A program made the position numbers and the translations under genes. A DNA stretch of 64,000 bases from a virus (taxonomy: Duplodnaviria; Caudoviricetes): positions 21,703-85,702 of IMG/VR virus record IMGVR_UViG_2690315746_000001; one strand, written 5' to 3'. Every line of letters begins with the position of its first letter. Positions within the stretch are counted from its first letter, which is position 1. Under the pieces are notes generated by a model, which made no database searches, had not been told where the DNA came from, and saw nothing but the letters and a program-made list of their open reading frames with translations. Shown here one piece after another: positions 54,241-63,586 of this stretch.

Positions 54241-55067
54241 CCATTCACATCTACGACGGCATGGCGGTGCTGCGCCGCCGCTTCGACGATCACCTCCCCG
54301 GGCCGTTCGGCCGGGGACCCCGCAGCGTCTTCAACGAGATGCTCGCGATCAAGCCGGGCGATGTCGCCATCTGGTGCTTTGAGGGCCGGGGCGCGAAGCA
54401 GGCCCGCCAGAAGTTCTTCCCCGGCTACAAGGACCGCCCGTCGCAGATGACGGACGGCCTGCACGCCCTGGTCAACCTGACCCGGGACGCGCTCAAGCAC
54501 ACCAAGGCGCTGCAGGTCGCCGTGCCCCAGCGCGAGGCCGATGACGTGATCGGCCACCTGTGCGGGATCTACGGCATCGGCACCGGCGACGACATCACCG
54601 TCCACACGGTCGACCGCGACCTGCTCCAGCTCGCCGGCCCGAAGGTGTGGATCGACGGGGTCAAGCCGCTGAAGATCATCGTCGACAAGGACGACGTGAA
54701 GAAGGACGTCGTCCTCACCCCCAGCGAGATCCGCCTCTACAAGGCGCTCTGCGGCGATCCCTCCGACCGCATCCCCGGCATGCCCGGGTTCGGCCCGAAG
54801 GCCTTCGCCGCCTGCAATCGGGCCTGGCTCAACAGCGCCCTGCAGCAGCTCGTCGCCGGGCACCCGAAGCCCGCCCTGTTCGAGCACGCCGGGGTCAAGC
54901 CGGCGATGGCGCAGCGTATGTGCAACCCCGAGCAGGCCGAGCAGCTGCGGGTCTTCTGGAAGATCGTCGGCTTCCTGCCGCTCCCGGACGACTGGCAGTC
55001 CAACATCATCACCGGCAAGCCCGACCGGGCCGCCGGCAGCGCTCTCCTCCAGCAATTCATGCACTGA
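54237..55067 (+). CDS. 5'-3' exonuclease / flap endonuclease
   Basis: IYDG, YKDR, EADDVIG, DRDLLQL, GDPSDRIPGMPGFGPK. Confidence 0.92.
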   Translation: MTIHIYDGMAVLRRRFDDHLPGPFGRGPRSVFNEMLAIKPGDVAIWCFEGRGAKQARQKFFPGYKDRPSQMTDGLHALVNLTRDALKHTKALQVAVPQREADDVIGHLCGIYGIGTGDDITVHTVDRDLLQLAGPKVWIDGVKPLKIIVDKDDVKKDVVLTPSEIRLYKALCGDPSDRIPGMPGFGPKAFAACNRAWLNSALQQLVAGHPKPALFEHAGVKPAMAQRMCNPEQAEQLRVFWKIVGFLPLPDDWQSNIITGKPDRAAGSALLQQFMH

Positions 55068-55078
55068 GGACCGCCCCC

Positions 55079-58030
55079 ATGAACATGCAGACCCGCATCC
55101 AGGTCGAGCCACAAACCGTCCTGGTCGACGCCCGCAACCCGGAGGTGATCGACGAGATCGAGGCGCTGATCCAGCGCTCCACCTTCGTCGGCTTCGACCT
55201 CGAGACCGAGGACAGCGAGCGCCACGAAGGCCTCAACCGCTACTGCAAGTACAACGAGGACGGCTTCAAGTCCGATAAGTCGAAGACCGTGTTCGACTGG
55301 CGCCGCACCACCATCTGCGGCGCGTCGTTCTACTCCGAGGAGGCCCCGGACCGGGCCTATTACATCAACTTCGGCCACCTCGACGCCGAGAACCGGCTGC
55401 CTGTCGAGCTGCTGCTGCGGCTGCTGAAGGCGCTGCCCGAGGGCTCGCACTTCATCGCCCACAACTCGGCCTTCGAGCAGACGGTGATCAAGGCCGTCCT
55501 CGACTACGACTTCCCGCCCGGCTCCATCATCTGCACCATGACGCAGGCGGTGTCGGCCTATGGCCCGGACACCTACAGCCAGGACGCCTGGCGCGCCGCC
55601 GGCCAGGGCGACATCGGCCAGCTCGTCGAGGGGCTGATCCGGCACGCCTCCGGCTTCAACCGCGAGACCGGCGAGATGTCGCCCGCGCTCTCGGACCTGG
55701 TGTTCAAGATCGTCGGCAAGTCGTCGAAGGCCTCGTTCTCCTGGAACGGCTTCGTCAACGCCATCGCCTACGGCTACGGCCTGAAGCAGGCGGTGCGCTC
55801 GCACTTCGGTGTCCAGATGCGGACATTCGAGGAGACCCTCGACGGCGAGGCCCACATGGGCCTGGTCACCGGCGAGCAGGTCGCGGCCTACGGCGCCGAC
55901 GACGCCTACTGGGCGGTGCGGCTGTTCCGCTTCCTGCTCACCTACATGATGCGCAACGGCGGCAAGCCGCTGGTCGACACGTTCTTCCACCAGGAGAACG
56001 TGATGCCGGCGATCTTCGCTTCGATCGCGATCGGCGGCATGCGCGTCAACGCGCCAGCCATCCGGCAGCGCACCGAGGCCGAGCGCGTCACCGCCGCCCA
56101 GATCCTGCGCGAGATGAAGGCCGCGGCGAGGAACCTGCGCTTCCCCGACGAGCCCAACGCCGAGCTGATGCGGCGTGAGAGCTGGTACGGCCCCTCGAAG
56201 GACGGCAAGAAGCTCGGCTACCAGACCTACCGCGCCAAGGTGCATGCCTGGCTCGACGCGGACGACTGCGCGGACGATTACGAGCAGCTGCTCCAGGTCC
56301 GCGGGCCGGTCAGCAACGGCTGGGCGACCGAGCGCGGCGTCAACGAGAAGAAGCTGCTCGGGGTCAACCTCGCGCACTACATGCCGGTGCGGACGATCCT
56401 CTACGACCTCCTCGGCTGCAAGCTCGTGGTGTCGAAGGGCAAGGTCGCCTCGGACGGCGAGGCGCGCGGCCGGGTCGTCGACCGGCTGAAGGACGGCAAG
56501 CACCTCGGCCGCGAGGAGATCCGGCAGGCCTGGGCCGAGCTGCAGGCCGATCTGCACGTCCGCATCGCGGCCGGCGGCGAGGAGGGCCTGGCGGCCGGCG
56601 TCGTGCTCGAGGAGCACACCGCGCGCATCGAGCGGATCGAGGCGGCCTGGACCGCCAAGGACAAGCCCTCGCGCGAGGACCTCGAGCCCTTCGCGATCCA
56701 CCACAACCGGCACGCGCTGGCGGTCATCGACTGCATCAACCGGCTGTCGGGCGTCGAGCAGCGCATGAAGCTGTTCCTCACCCCCTACAGCATGCTCGTC
56801 GACCCGGAGACGGGCCGCATGTACCCGCAGGTCACCAGCCTGCTGGCGACGCGCCGCATGGCGGGCTCGAACCCCAACCCCATGCAGCTCGGCAAGCGCG
56901 GTGAGGCCGCCTACGTGCGAGGCTTCTACCTCGGCGACCACGACGACCACCTCATCGTCTCGCTCGACTGGTCGGGCGTGGAGCTGGTCGAGATCGGCGA
57001 GTTCTCCGGCGACCCGAAGTTCTTCGAGGCCTTCGGCCAGATCCCGCACCAGGATCTGCACGCCGGCACCGCGACCGCGCTGCTGGCGCTCGACTGCCCG
57101 GGCATGAACATCGAGCTGTTCAAGTCGCTCAAGACCATGACCTCGTGGAACGAGTGGCTGTCGGACAATCACGGCAAGGCCGAGCGCCTGCCGCGCCTGA
57201 TGACGAACCTCAAGGGTGAGTTGCTGGCAAGCAACAAGGCTTACGGTTACTGGCGAACCGTGTTCGGAAAGGAGGCGAACTTCAACTATTTCTACTCCGG
57301 CTGGCTCGCGACGATCGGCGAGCGCGCCGGCTGGTCGCAGACCAAGACGGCCGACGCCACCAACGCCTACCGCGACCAGTTCCCGGTCGCGGAGCAGTGG
57401 CGCGTTGACCAGATCGCCAACGTCGGCATGGCCGGCTTCGTCACCCTGCCGGACGGCCACCGCTACACCCGCTTTGAGGCCACCATGACGTGGTCCTCCG
57501 AGTGGTGCGATAAGTTCCTCCTCGATACCCTGGGCGGCGAGAACTATAACGCCGTCATCCGCTGGATCATGCGCAAGATCCAGAAGCGCGCTGGCAATCA
57601 GACGGTCAACGCGATCATTCAGGGTACTTGCGCTACACTCGCGAAGCGCTCGATCGTCCGCACGATCCTGTTCTTCCGGTCCCTCGGCTGGACCGACCGC
57701 GAGTTCCGCTTCCTGGTCCCGATCCACGACGAGCTGGTCTGGTCGGTCCACCAGGATCTCGTGGTGCCGTTCGTCCGCAACGCGCACCGCATCATGATCG
57801 ACCACGGCGACATCTTCAAATCCTGCAAGCTCGACAGCTCACCGGCGATCGGTGTGACCTTCGAGCCCTGGCACGAGAAGAAGGCCTACGGCGGCCAGAT
57901 CGAGCTGTTCGAGCCCGAGGCCGCGGTCGTCGGCAAGGAGCGCGCCGGCAAGCGCCTCGACGACCAGGGCATCCTCGACGTGGTCGAGTACCTGAAGCAG
58001 CAACGCATTCGCATGAGGGAAGCCGCGTAA
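55079..58030 (+). CDS. polA: Family A DNA polymerase with 3'-5' exonuclease
   Basis: FDLET, AHNSAFE, YGADDA; motif A LDWSGVELV, motif B RTVFGKEANFNYFY, motif C IHDEL. Confidence 0.93.
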   Translation: MNMQTRIQVEPQTVLVDARNPEVIDEIEALIQRSTFVGFDLETEDSERHEGLNRYCKYNEDGFKSDKSKTVFDWRRTTICGASFYSEEAPDRAYYINFGHLDAENRLPVELLLRLLKALPEGSHFIAHNSAFEQTVIKAVLDYDFPPGSIICTMTQAVSAYGPDTYSQDAWRAAGQGDIGQLVEGLIRHASGFNRETGEMSPALSDLVFKIVGKSSKASFSWNGFVNAIAYGYGLKQAVRSHFGVQMRTFEETLDGEAHMGLVTGEQVAAYGADDAYWAVRLFRFLLTYMMRNGGKPLVDTFFHQENVMPAIFASIAIGGMRVNAPAIRQRTEAERVTAAQILREMKAAARNLRFPDEPNAELMRRESWYGPSKDGKKLGYQTYRAKVHAWLDADDCADDYEQLLQVRGPVSNGWATERGVNEKKLLGVNLAHYMPVRTILYDLLGCKLVVSKGKVASDGEARGRVVDRLKDGKHLGREEIRQAWAELQADLHVRIAAGGEEGLAAGVVLEEHTARIERIEAAWTAKDKPSREDLEPFAIHHNRHALAVIDCINRLSGVEQRMKLFLTPYSMLVDPETGRMYPQVTSLLATRRMAGSNPNPMQLGKRGEAAYVRGFYLGDHDDHLIVSLDWSGVELVEIGEFSGDPKFFEAFGQIPHQDLHAGTATALLALDCPGMNIELFKSLKTMTSWNEWLSDNHGKAERLPRLMTNLKGELLASNKAYGYWRTVFGKEANFNYFYSGWLATIGERAGWSQTKTADATNAYRDQFPVAEQWRVDQIANVGMAGFVTLPDGHRYTRFEATMTWSSEWCDKFLLDTLGGENYNAVIRWIMRKIQKRAGNQTVNAIIQGTCATLAKRSIVRTILFFRSLGWTDREFRFLVPIHDELVWSVHQDLVVPFVRNAHRIMIDHGDIFKSCKLDSSPAIGVTFEPWHEKKAYGGQIELFEPEAAVVGKERAGKRLDDQGILDVVEYLKQQRIRMREAA

Positions 58031-58311
58031 TGTCAAGCAAGATTTTGGCCGACTTCAATACGCTTGTTTCGCAAGCAAGCGGTACGGCCGAGGACTATTT
58101 CGCCAAAGCCTACCGCGAGGTCTTTAGCGAGACGTCCCGCTACTCGGATCTGACGCAGGCGCAGAAGGTGCAGATTGTGATCGAGATGGCCAAGGTGGCC
58201 GCCTCGGACTTCAACACGGCCTGCACGACGCTGGGCATGCAGCATATCGCCGAAGCCATCGACGGTTTCGTCACGGCCTACGAGAACTTCAAGCACGGGG
58301 AAGAGGCGTGA
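58030..58311 (+). CDS. Hypothetical protein
   Basis: TAATG coupling; MSSKILADFNTLVSQ. Confidence 0.6.
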   Translation: MSSKILADFNTLVSQASGTAEDYFAKAYREVFSETSRYSDLTQAQKVQIVIEMAKVAASDFNTACTTLGMQHIAEAIDGFVTAYENFKHGEEA

Positions 58312-58622
58312 GCACGAACGAGAAGCCAACCTCCGACGTTCAGGTGGAGTGCCTCCACTGCCGGCTGCAGGCCGCCTACGAAGCCTGGGTCGACGAGTAC
58401 ACGCAGAAGGTTGGCGAGCCGCCGGCTCTCAACACCATGGGGAGGCACGTCGGCGGCTTCCTCGGCGAGATGACCAGCATCGCGCTCGAGGCTTGCGACG
58501 GCGACCACGACGCCATGACCGCCTTCTCCAAGGCTCTGGTGGATGGGCAGCTCGCCCAGAAGCGCGCCGAGGAAGAAGCGGCAGCCGAGCCGACCGAAGC
58601 CAACCCGAACACCCGCCACTGA
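58308..58622 (+). CDS. Hypothetical protein
   Basis: 104 aa, CLHC motif. Confidence 0.6.
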   Translation: MSTNEKPTSDVQVECLHCRLQAAYEAWVDEYTQKVGEPPALNTMGRHVGGFLGEMTSIALEACDGDHDAMTAFSKALVDGQLAQKRAEEEAAAEPTEANPNTRH

Positions 58623-58632
58623 GGACCGCACC

Positions 58633-59739
58633 ATGCTCGGCAAGACCATCTTCAAGCGGGACACCAATGCCCGCATCCGCCGCTGGTTCTTCGAGGTCGA
58701 CGAGGCTGCCGGCGCCTGGCGCACCCACAGCGGCCTAGTCGACGGCGAGACCGTCACGTCCGGCTGGACGAGCTGCACCCCGAAGTCGAAGCCGACGCCC
58801 GCCGAACAGGCCCTGTTCGAGGCCGAGGCCGAGATGGGCAAGAAGCTCGAGCGCGACTACGCCCTGACGATCGAGAGCGTGGACGAGCCGCGCGACTTCG
58901 GCGGCGCGGTCATGCTCGCCCACACCTACAAGGAGTTCCCGGCCGGGCAGCGGGTGTTCAGCCAGCCGAAGCTCGACGGCATGCGCTGCAAGGTGAACCG
59001 CTTCGGCATGTGGTCGAGGACCGGCAAGCCGATCGTCTCGTGCCCGCACATCTTCGCCATCCTGGCGCCGGCATTCGTGCGGACCCCCGATCTGGAGCTT
59101 GACGGCGAGCTGTACAACCACCAGCTCAAGGACAACTTCAACAAGCTGATGAGCGTGCTGCGGAAGTCCAAGCCCACGGACGCCGACATCGCGGAAGCGG
59201 CTTCCGTTGTCCAATACCATTTGTACGATACGTACAGACCTGCTAAGGGTTTCGAGGCGCGCAGCTCCATTCTGGAGCTGTTCGTTGCGGGGCTCGACGC
59301 GCCCGAGATCCAGCTCGTCCCGACGACGCCGATCGCGTCCCTCGAGCAGCTGGACCGGGCCTACGGCACCTACCTCGAGGACGGCTACGAAGGGCAGATG
59401 GTTCGGCTCGACACCCCCTACGAGCGCAAGCGCAGCAAGGGCCTGCTCAAGCGCAAGGAGTTCGAGACGGCCGAGTTCGAGCTGGTCGCGATCGAGGAGG
59501 GCAACGGCAACTGGGCCGGGCTCGCCAAGCGGGTCCGCTTCAAGCTCGAGGACGGGCGCGAATGCGGCGCCGGCATCCGGGGCTCGGCCGAGCACGCCAA
59601 GGCGCTGCTCGAGCAGGCCCCGAGCCTCACCGGGCGCCCGGTGACGATCCGCTCCTTCGCCCGCACGCCGGACGGCATGCCCCGCTTCCCCGTCGCGATC
59701 GACTTCGATCGCCCCGACCACATCGAGAAGGCCGCCTGA
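58633..59739 (+). CDS. lig: ATP-dependent DNA ligase
   Basis: QPKLDGMRC, LDGELY, YHLYD, EGQMVR, LLKRK, PRFP. Confidence 0.93.
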   Translation: MLGKTIFKRDTNARIRRWFFEVDEAAGAWRTHSGLVDGETVTSGWTSCTPKSKPTPAEQALFEAEAEMGKKLERDYALTIESVDEPRDFGGAVMLAHTYKEFPAGQRVFSQPKLDGMRCKVNRFGMWSRTGKPIVSCPHIFAILAPAFVRTPDLELDGELYNHQLKDNFNKLMSVLRKSKPTDADIAEAASVVQYHLYDTYRPAKGFEARSSILELFVAGLDAPEIQLVPTTPIASLEQLDRAYGTYLEDGYEGQMVRLDTPYERKRSKGLLKRKEFETAEFELVAIEEGNGNWAGLAKRVRFKLEDGRECGAGIRGSAEHAKALLEQAPSLTGRPVTIRSFARTPDGMPRFPVAIDFDRPDHIEKAA

Positions 59740-59742
59740 GCC

Positions 59743-60105
59743 ATGACGACCGAAGTTGCCTCCGCCCTCACCGCCTACCTGGCGAAGAACCCATGCGCCC
59801 CCGCTGACATCCCGAAGGTCGCGACCGCGATCCGCGAGGCGCTCGGGGTGCTGCCGTCCAAGGCCACCGCCGATCAGGTCAAGGCGTCGATCACGCCCGA
59901 CCACCTCATCAGCTTCGAGGACGGCAAGAAGTACAAGGTCCTGACGCGCCACCTCAGTGGCCGCGGCCTGACCATGGACGAGTACCGCGAGAAGCACGGC
60001 CTGCCGGCGGATTACCCGGTCTGCGCCCCGAACTACTCCGCCCGCCGTTCCGAGCTGGCGCGGGCGAACGGGCTCGGCCAGCTGCGCCGCGACGCCAAGG
60101 GCTAA
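59743..60105 (+). CDS. mucR: MucR/Ros-family regulator
   Basis: SITPDHLISFEDGKKYKVLTRHL..GLTMDEYREKHGLPADYP..APNYSARRSELA..GLG. Confidence 0.93.
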   Translation: MTTEVASALTAYLAKNPCAPADIPKVATAIREALGVLPSKATADQVKASITPDHLISFEDGKKYKVLTRHLSGRGLTMDEYREKHGLPADYPVCAPNYSARRSELARANGLGQLRRDAKG

Positions 60106-60192
60106 CCCGGGCCCCGGCCGGGTGTGCTCTTCGGAGCCCCCGGCCCCCATATCGTGTGGCCCAACCCCCGCCCAGGCGAGATCTCCTACATC

Positions 60193-62223
60193 ATGTTGTC
60201 GAACCAACTGCCATCGGTGCGTGCCCAGTTCACGCACCGCCGTACCTACCTGCGTCCGCTGAACGAGGAGGGCACGGTCTTCGAGACGAACGAGGCGGCG
60301 CACCGGCGCGTCCTCGGTCACCAGCGCTGGCTCTGGGAACGCCAGCTCGGACGAGCCCTCAACGTCCGCGAGTGGGGCGAGCTGCAGGACCTCGGGGACC
60401 TGATGATCGAGAAGAAGGTCTCGATGTCCGGCCGCGTGAAGTGGATGGGCGGGACCGCGCTGGTCAAGGAGCGCGCCGCGGGCGCCTTCAACTGCTCCTT
60501 CTCGGTCGCCTACACCCCGGCCGATCTGGTCGACATTTTCTGGCTGCTCCTCAACGGCTGCGGCGTCGGCTTCAAGCCCGTCACGGGCCTCCTCTCCGGT
60601 TTTCCGTTTTCGATCCAGAATGTACGGATCGTACAGTCCGAGCGCACCGACAAGGGCGGCGCCGAGGACAGCTCGGAGCACATCGACCTCAAGGCCGGCA
60701 CCTGGCGCATCACCTTCGGCGACAGCGCGAAGGGCTGGGCCAAGGCGCTCGGCATGCTGTTCGGCGAGAAGCCGCGCGTCAGCGAGCTGATCCTCGACTT
60801 CTCGGAGCTGCGCCCCGGCGGCAAGCGCCTGCGCGGCTACGGCTGGATCTCGTCGGGCTGGCAGCCGCTGGCGCACGCCATGGGGCGCATCGCCTCCCTG
60901 ATGGTCGGCGCGGCCCACCGGAACCTGACCCGCGGCGAGATCATCGACATCGTCAACCACCTCGGCACCGTGCTCTCGAGCCGGCGCTCGGCGCAGATCT
61001 GCCTCATCGAGACCGAGGCGACCACGCTGGCCGAGCTGATGGCGCAGCTGCAGTGGTACGTCGACTTCAAGACGGACCGCTGGGAGCGCGGCGAGGGCCA
61101 GCGCGAGCAGTCGAACAACTCGATCGGCTTCCTCAACAAGCCCGAGCCCGAGGTGATCGAGGAGCTGCTGCGCCGCATCCTGCCGACCGGCGAACCGGGT
61201 TTCGTCAACGTCGCCGAGGCCCGCCGGCGGGCGCCGGAGATGGAAGGGCTCAACCCCTGCGCCGAAATCCTGTTGCCGAACAAGGGCTTCTGCAATTTGG
61301 TTCAGGTGGTGTGGCATCGGTTCAACGGCGATTTCGAGGGCCTGATGCGGGCCCAGTATCTCGCCGGCCGCGCCAACTACCGGCAGACCGCGGTCTCCAT
61401 GCGGGACGGCGTGCTGCAGCTGCAGTGGAACGACGCGCAGAAGCTGCTGCGGCTGTGCGGCGTCAGCCCCACCGGCGCGGTGGCCTGGGAGGGCATCGAG
61501 AGCCCCGAGATGCTCGAGGCCGTGCGTGACGCCGCGATTGCCGGCGCCAACTCGATGGCCGATGATTTCGGCACGCCGCGCCCGCGGCGCGTCACGCAGG
61601 TCCAGCCGGCCGGCACCAGCTCGAAGGCCCTGGGGCTCGAGGGCGACGAGGTCCACGAGGGCGCCCACCTGGCTCTGAGCCGGTGGATCTTCAACTGGAT
61701 CAACTTCCCGGCCAACGATCCGATGCTGGAGGCCTTCGCGGCGGCCGGCTACGACATGAAGCCGAACCCCAACGACCCGACCGGCGTCATCGTCTGCTGG
61801 CCGGTCGAGTACCCGGCCTCGCCGAAGTTCACCCAGGTGCTCGACCCGGAGACGGGCCACCACCTCGAGGTGAACCAGGAGAGCGCCATCAGCCAGCTGG
61901 AGCGCTACCGGCTGCTGATGAAGCACTACGTCGAGCACAACTGCTCGATCACGGTCTCGTTCGACGAGAGCGAGATCCCCGCTATGGTCCAGTGGTTCAT
62001 GGACCACTGGGACGAATATGTCGGTGTTTCGTTCTTGAAGCGCAACAATCCGTTTGCGACCGCGGAGGACCTCGGCTACAAGTACCTCCCGCAGCAGTGT
62101 GTCTCGCGCGAAGTGTACGAAGAGTACACCGCGAGACTTCTGCCGATCGACATCTCGGAGGATAAGTCCTCCGAGCTGCTTCAACTCGACGAATGCTCGT
62201 CGGGCGGATGTCCTGTTCGCTAG
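60193..62223 (+). CDS. nrdJ: Class II (B12-dependent, monomeric RTPR-type) ribonucleotide reductase
   Basis: RRTY, FNCSF, RRSAQI, NPCAEILL, FCNL, QPAGTSS, C-terminal CSSGGCPVR; no beta-subunit gene adjacent. Confidence 0.9.
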   Translation: MLSNQLPSVRAQFTHRRTYLRPLNEEGTVFETNEAAHRRVLGHQRWLWERQLGRALNVREWGELQDLGDLMIEKKVSMSGRVKWMGGTALVKERAAGAFNCSFSVAYTPADLVDIFWLLLNGCGVGFKPVTGLLSGFPFSIQNVRIVQSERTDKGGAEDSSEHIDLKAGTWRITFGDSAKGWAKALGMLFGEKPRVSELILDFSELRPGGKRLRGYGWISSGWQPLAHAMGRIASLMVGAAHRNLTRGEIIDIVNHLGTVLSSRRSAQICLIETEATTLAELMAQLQWYVDFKTDRWERGEGQREQSNNSIGFLNKPEPEVIEELLRRILPTGEPGFVNVAEARRRAPEMEGLNPCAEILLPNKGFCNLVQVVWHRFNGDFEGLMRAQYLAGRANYRQTAVSMRDGVLQLQWNDAQKLLRLCGVSPTGAVAWEGIESPEMLEAVRDAAIAGANSMADDFGTPRPRRVTQVQPAGTSSKALGLEGDEVHEGAHLALSRWIFNWINFPANDPMLEAFAAAGYDMKPNPNDPTGVIVCWPVEYPASPKFTQVLDPETGHHLEVNQESAISQLERYRLLMKHYVEHNCSITVSFDESEIPAMVQWFMDHWDEYVGVSFLKRNNPFATAEDLGYKYLPQQCVSREVYEEYTARLLPIDISEDKSSELLQLDECSSGGCPVR

Positions 62224-62231
62224 GAGATGCG

Positions 62232-62657
62232 ATGTACGCCAGTCGTGAGATTAGCCGGAAGACGCTCGCGAAGCGTCTTCGCTGCACCGAAGAGGAGGCC
62301 GAAGCCATGGGCATCGGCCTTCACGGCCCGCCGTCGAAACGACGGGCCCATGTCGTGGGCACCCACCGCCGGCTCAACGAGGTCATGACACCGGAACGCA
62401 TCCTCGCCGATCCGGCGCTCACCGAACGCTATGCACCATACGGGCTGCATGAGGGCACCCCGGTGGCGAAGTTCCTCCGTACCTGGAAGGACAAGTTCGA
62501 TCGAGACACCAAGGGCGGGGTTTACGCTTGCCCTTACTGTTCTCGAGAACATGTACACGGGTCTTTCGGCGGCCACCGAGTAGCTCACTGCTCCGACGCT
62601 GATGCGCCTTTTGTTAACTGGGGCCGCAGCGGCTATTGGTGCGAGGAGAAGAAGTAA
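62232..62657 (+). CDS. Hypothetical protein with Zn-binding motif
   Basis: SD AGGAG; CPYCSREHVHG...HRVAHC. Confidence 0.65.
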   Translation: MYASREISRKTLAKRLRCTEEEAEAMGIGLHGPPSKRRAHVVGTHRRLNEVMTPERILADPALTERYAPYGLHEGTPVAKFLRTWKDKFDRDTKGGVYACPYCSREHVHGSFGGHRVAHCSDADAPFVNWGRSGYWCEEKK

Positions 62658-63586
62658 TGGCGTGCCAAACACTTGCTAAGGTGCTGCAGCGGTCGATGGG
62701 GGAGGTCGCTCCCCCGCTCACCAGCTTCCAGCTCCGCTACCCGCTCATCATCCACGCCGAGCTGATGACCCACCGGGTCTTCAGCCGGAACGCCCGGTCC
62801 TCGCGGGCCGTGCCGACCGCGCGGCTGATCGAGGAGGTGATGACCGACCCGTTCATCCCCCGGCACTGGGGCGCGAACCAGAAGGGCATGCAGGCCTCGG
62901 TCGAGTGCAACGAGGAGGTCCGCCTCCCCGCGCTCATGTCGGACGGCTGGGCCTCGGCCACCCGTGAGAGCGCCTGGCTCTACGCCCGCGACAAGGCCGT
63001 GGAGACGGCTTCCGCGTTCGCCGCCGCCGGCTACCACAAGCAGATCTCGAACCGCCTCCTGGCGCCGTTCCTGCACATCGACGTGGTGGTGACGGCGACC
63101 GAGCTGGCGAACTGGTTCGCCCTCCGGGACGACCCGGCGGCCGAGCCCCACATCCGCGATCTCGCCCGGGCCATGAAGGCGGCGATCGAGGACTGGGACC
63201 GCACCTACGGCGGGCCGGACATCCTCCGGCCGGGCCAGTGGCACCTCCCCTACGTGTCGGACCGCGACCAGGCCGGCATCCGGCGGATCTGGGACGCCGC
63301 GCTCGCGGCCGACGCCGACCTCGTCGAGCACGCCCGGGCGGTCTCCGTCACCCGGTGCGCCCAGGTCTCCTACACCCCCTTCCACGAGGCCAAGCTGTCC
63401 GTGGAGCAGGAGGTCGCGCGCCATGACGCGCTGATCTCCGCCCGGCCGATGCACGCGAGCCCCTGCGAGCACCAGGCCACCCCCGACACCCTGCTGCCGG
63501 ACGGCAGCTGGGCGAACCCCCACCTCCACGGAAACCTCCGTGGGTGGATCCAGTACCGCAAGACGCTGAACGGAGAATGCGCGTGA
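62657..63586 (+). CDS. thyX: Flavin-dependent thymidylate synthase
   Basis: IHAELMTHRVFSRNARSSRAVP, HKQISNRLL, NWFALR, HASPCEHQA. Confidence 0.9.
   Translation: MACQTLAKVLQRSMGEVAPPLTSFQLRYPLIIHAELMTHRVFSRNARSSRAVPTARLIEEVMTDPFIPRHWGANQKGMQASVECNEEVRLPALMSDGWASATRESAWLYARDKAVETASAFAAAGYHKQISNRLLAPFLHIDVVVTATELANWFALRDDPAAEPHIRDLARAMKAAIEDWDRTYGGPDILRPGQWHLPYVSDRDQAGIRRIWDAALAADADLVEHARAVSVTRCAQVSYTPFHEAKLSVEQEVARHDALISARPMHASPCEHQATPDTLLPDGSWANPHLHGNLRGWIQYRKTLNGECA

Noticed and set aside
56500-56710. PolA insertion as an intein (ends near His-Asn)
   Set aside because: Too short, no N-terminal Cys/Ser block A, and the residue after HN is Arg rather than C/S/T
22595-62184. Very long antisense ORFs (22595-25072, 54737-57805, 58735-62184, 44663-46372; also 94-1533 and 20073-21800)
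   Set aside because: Shadow frames of GC3-biased real genes; no recognisable motifs
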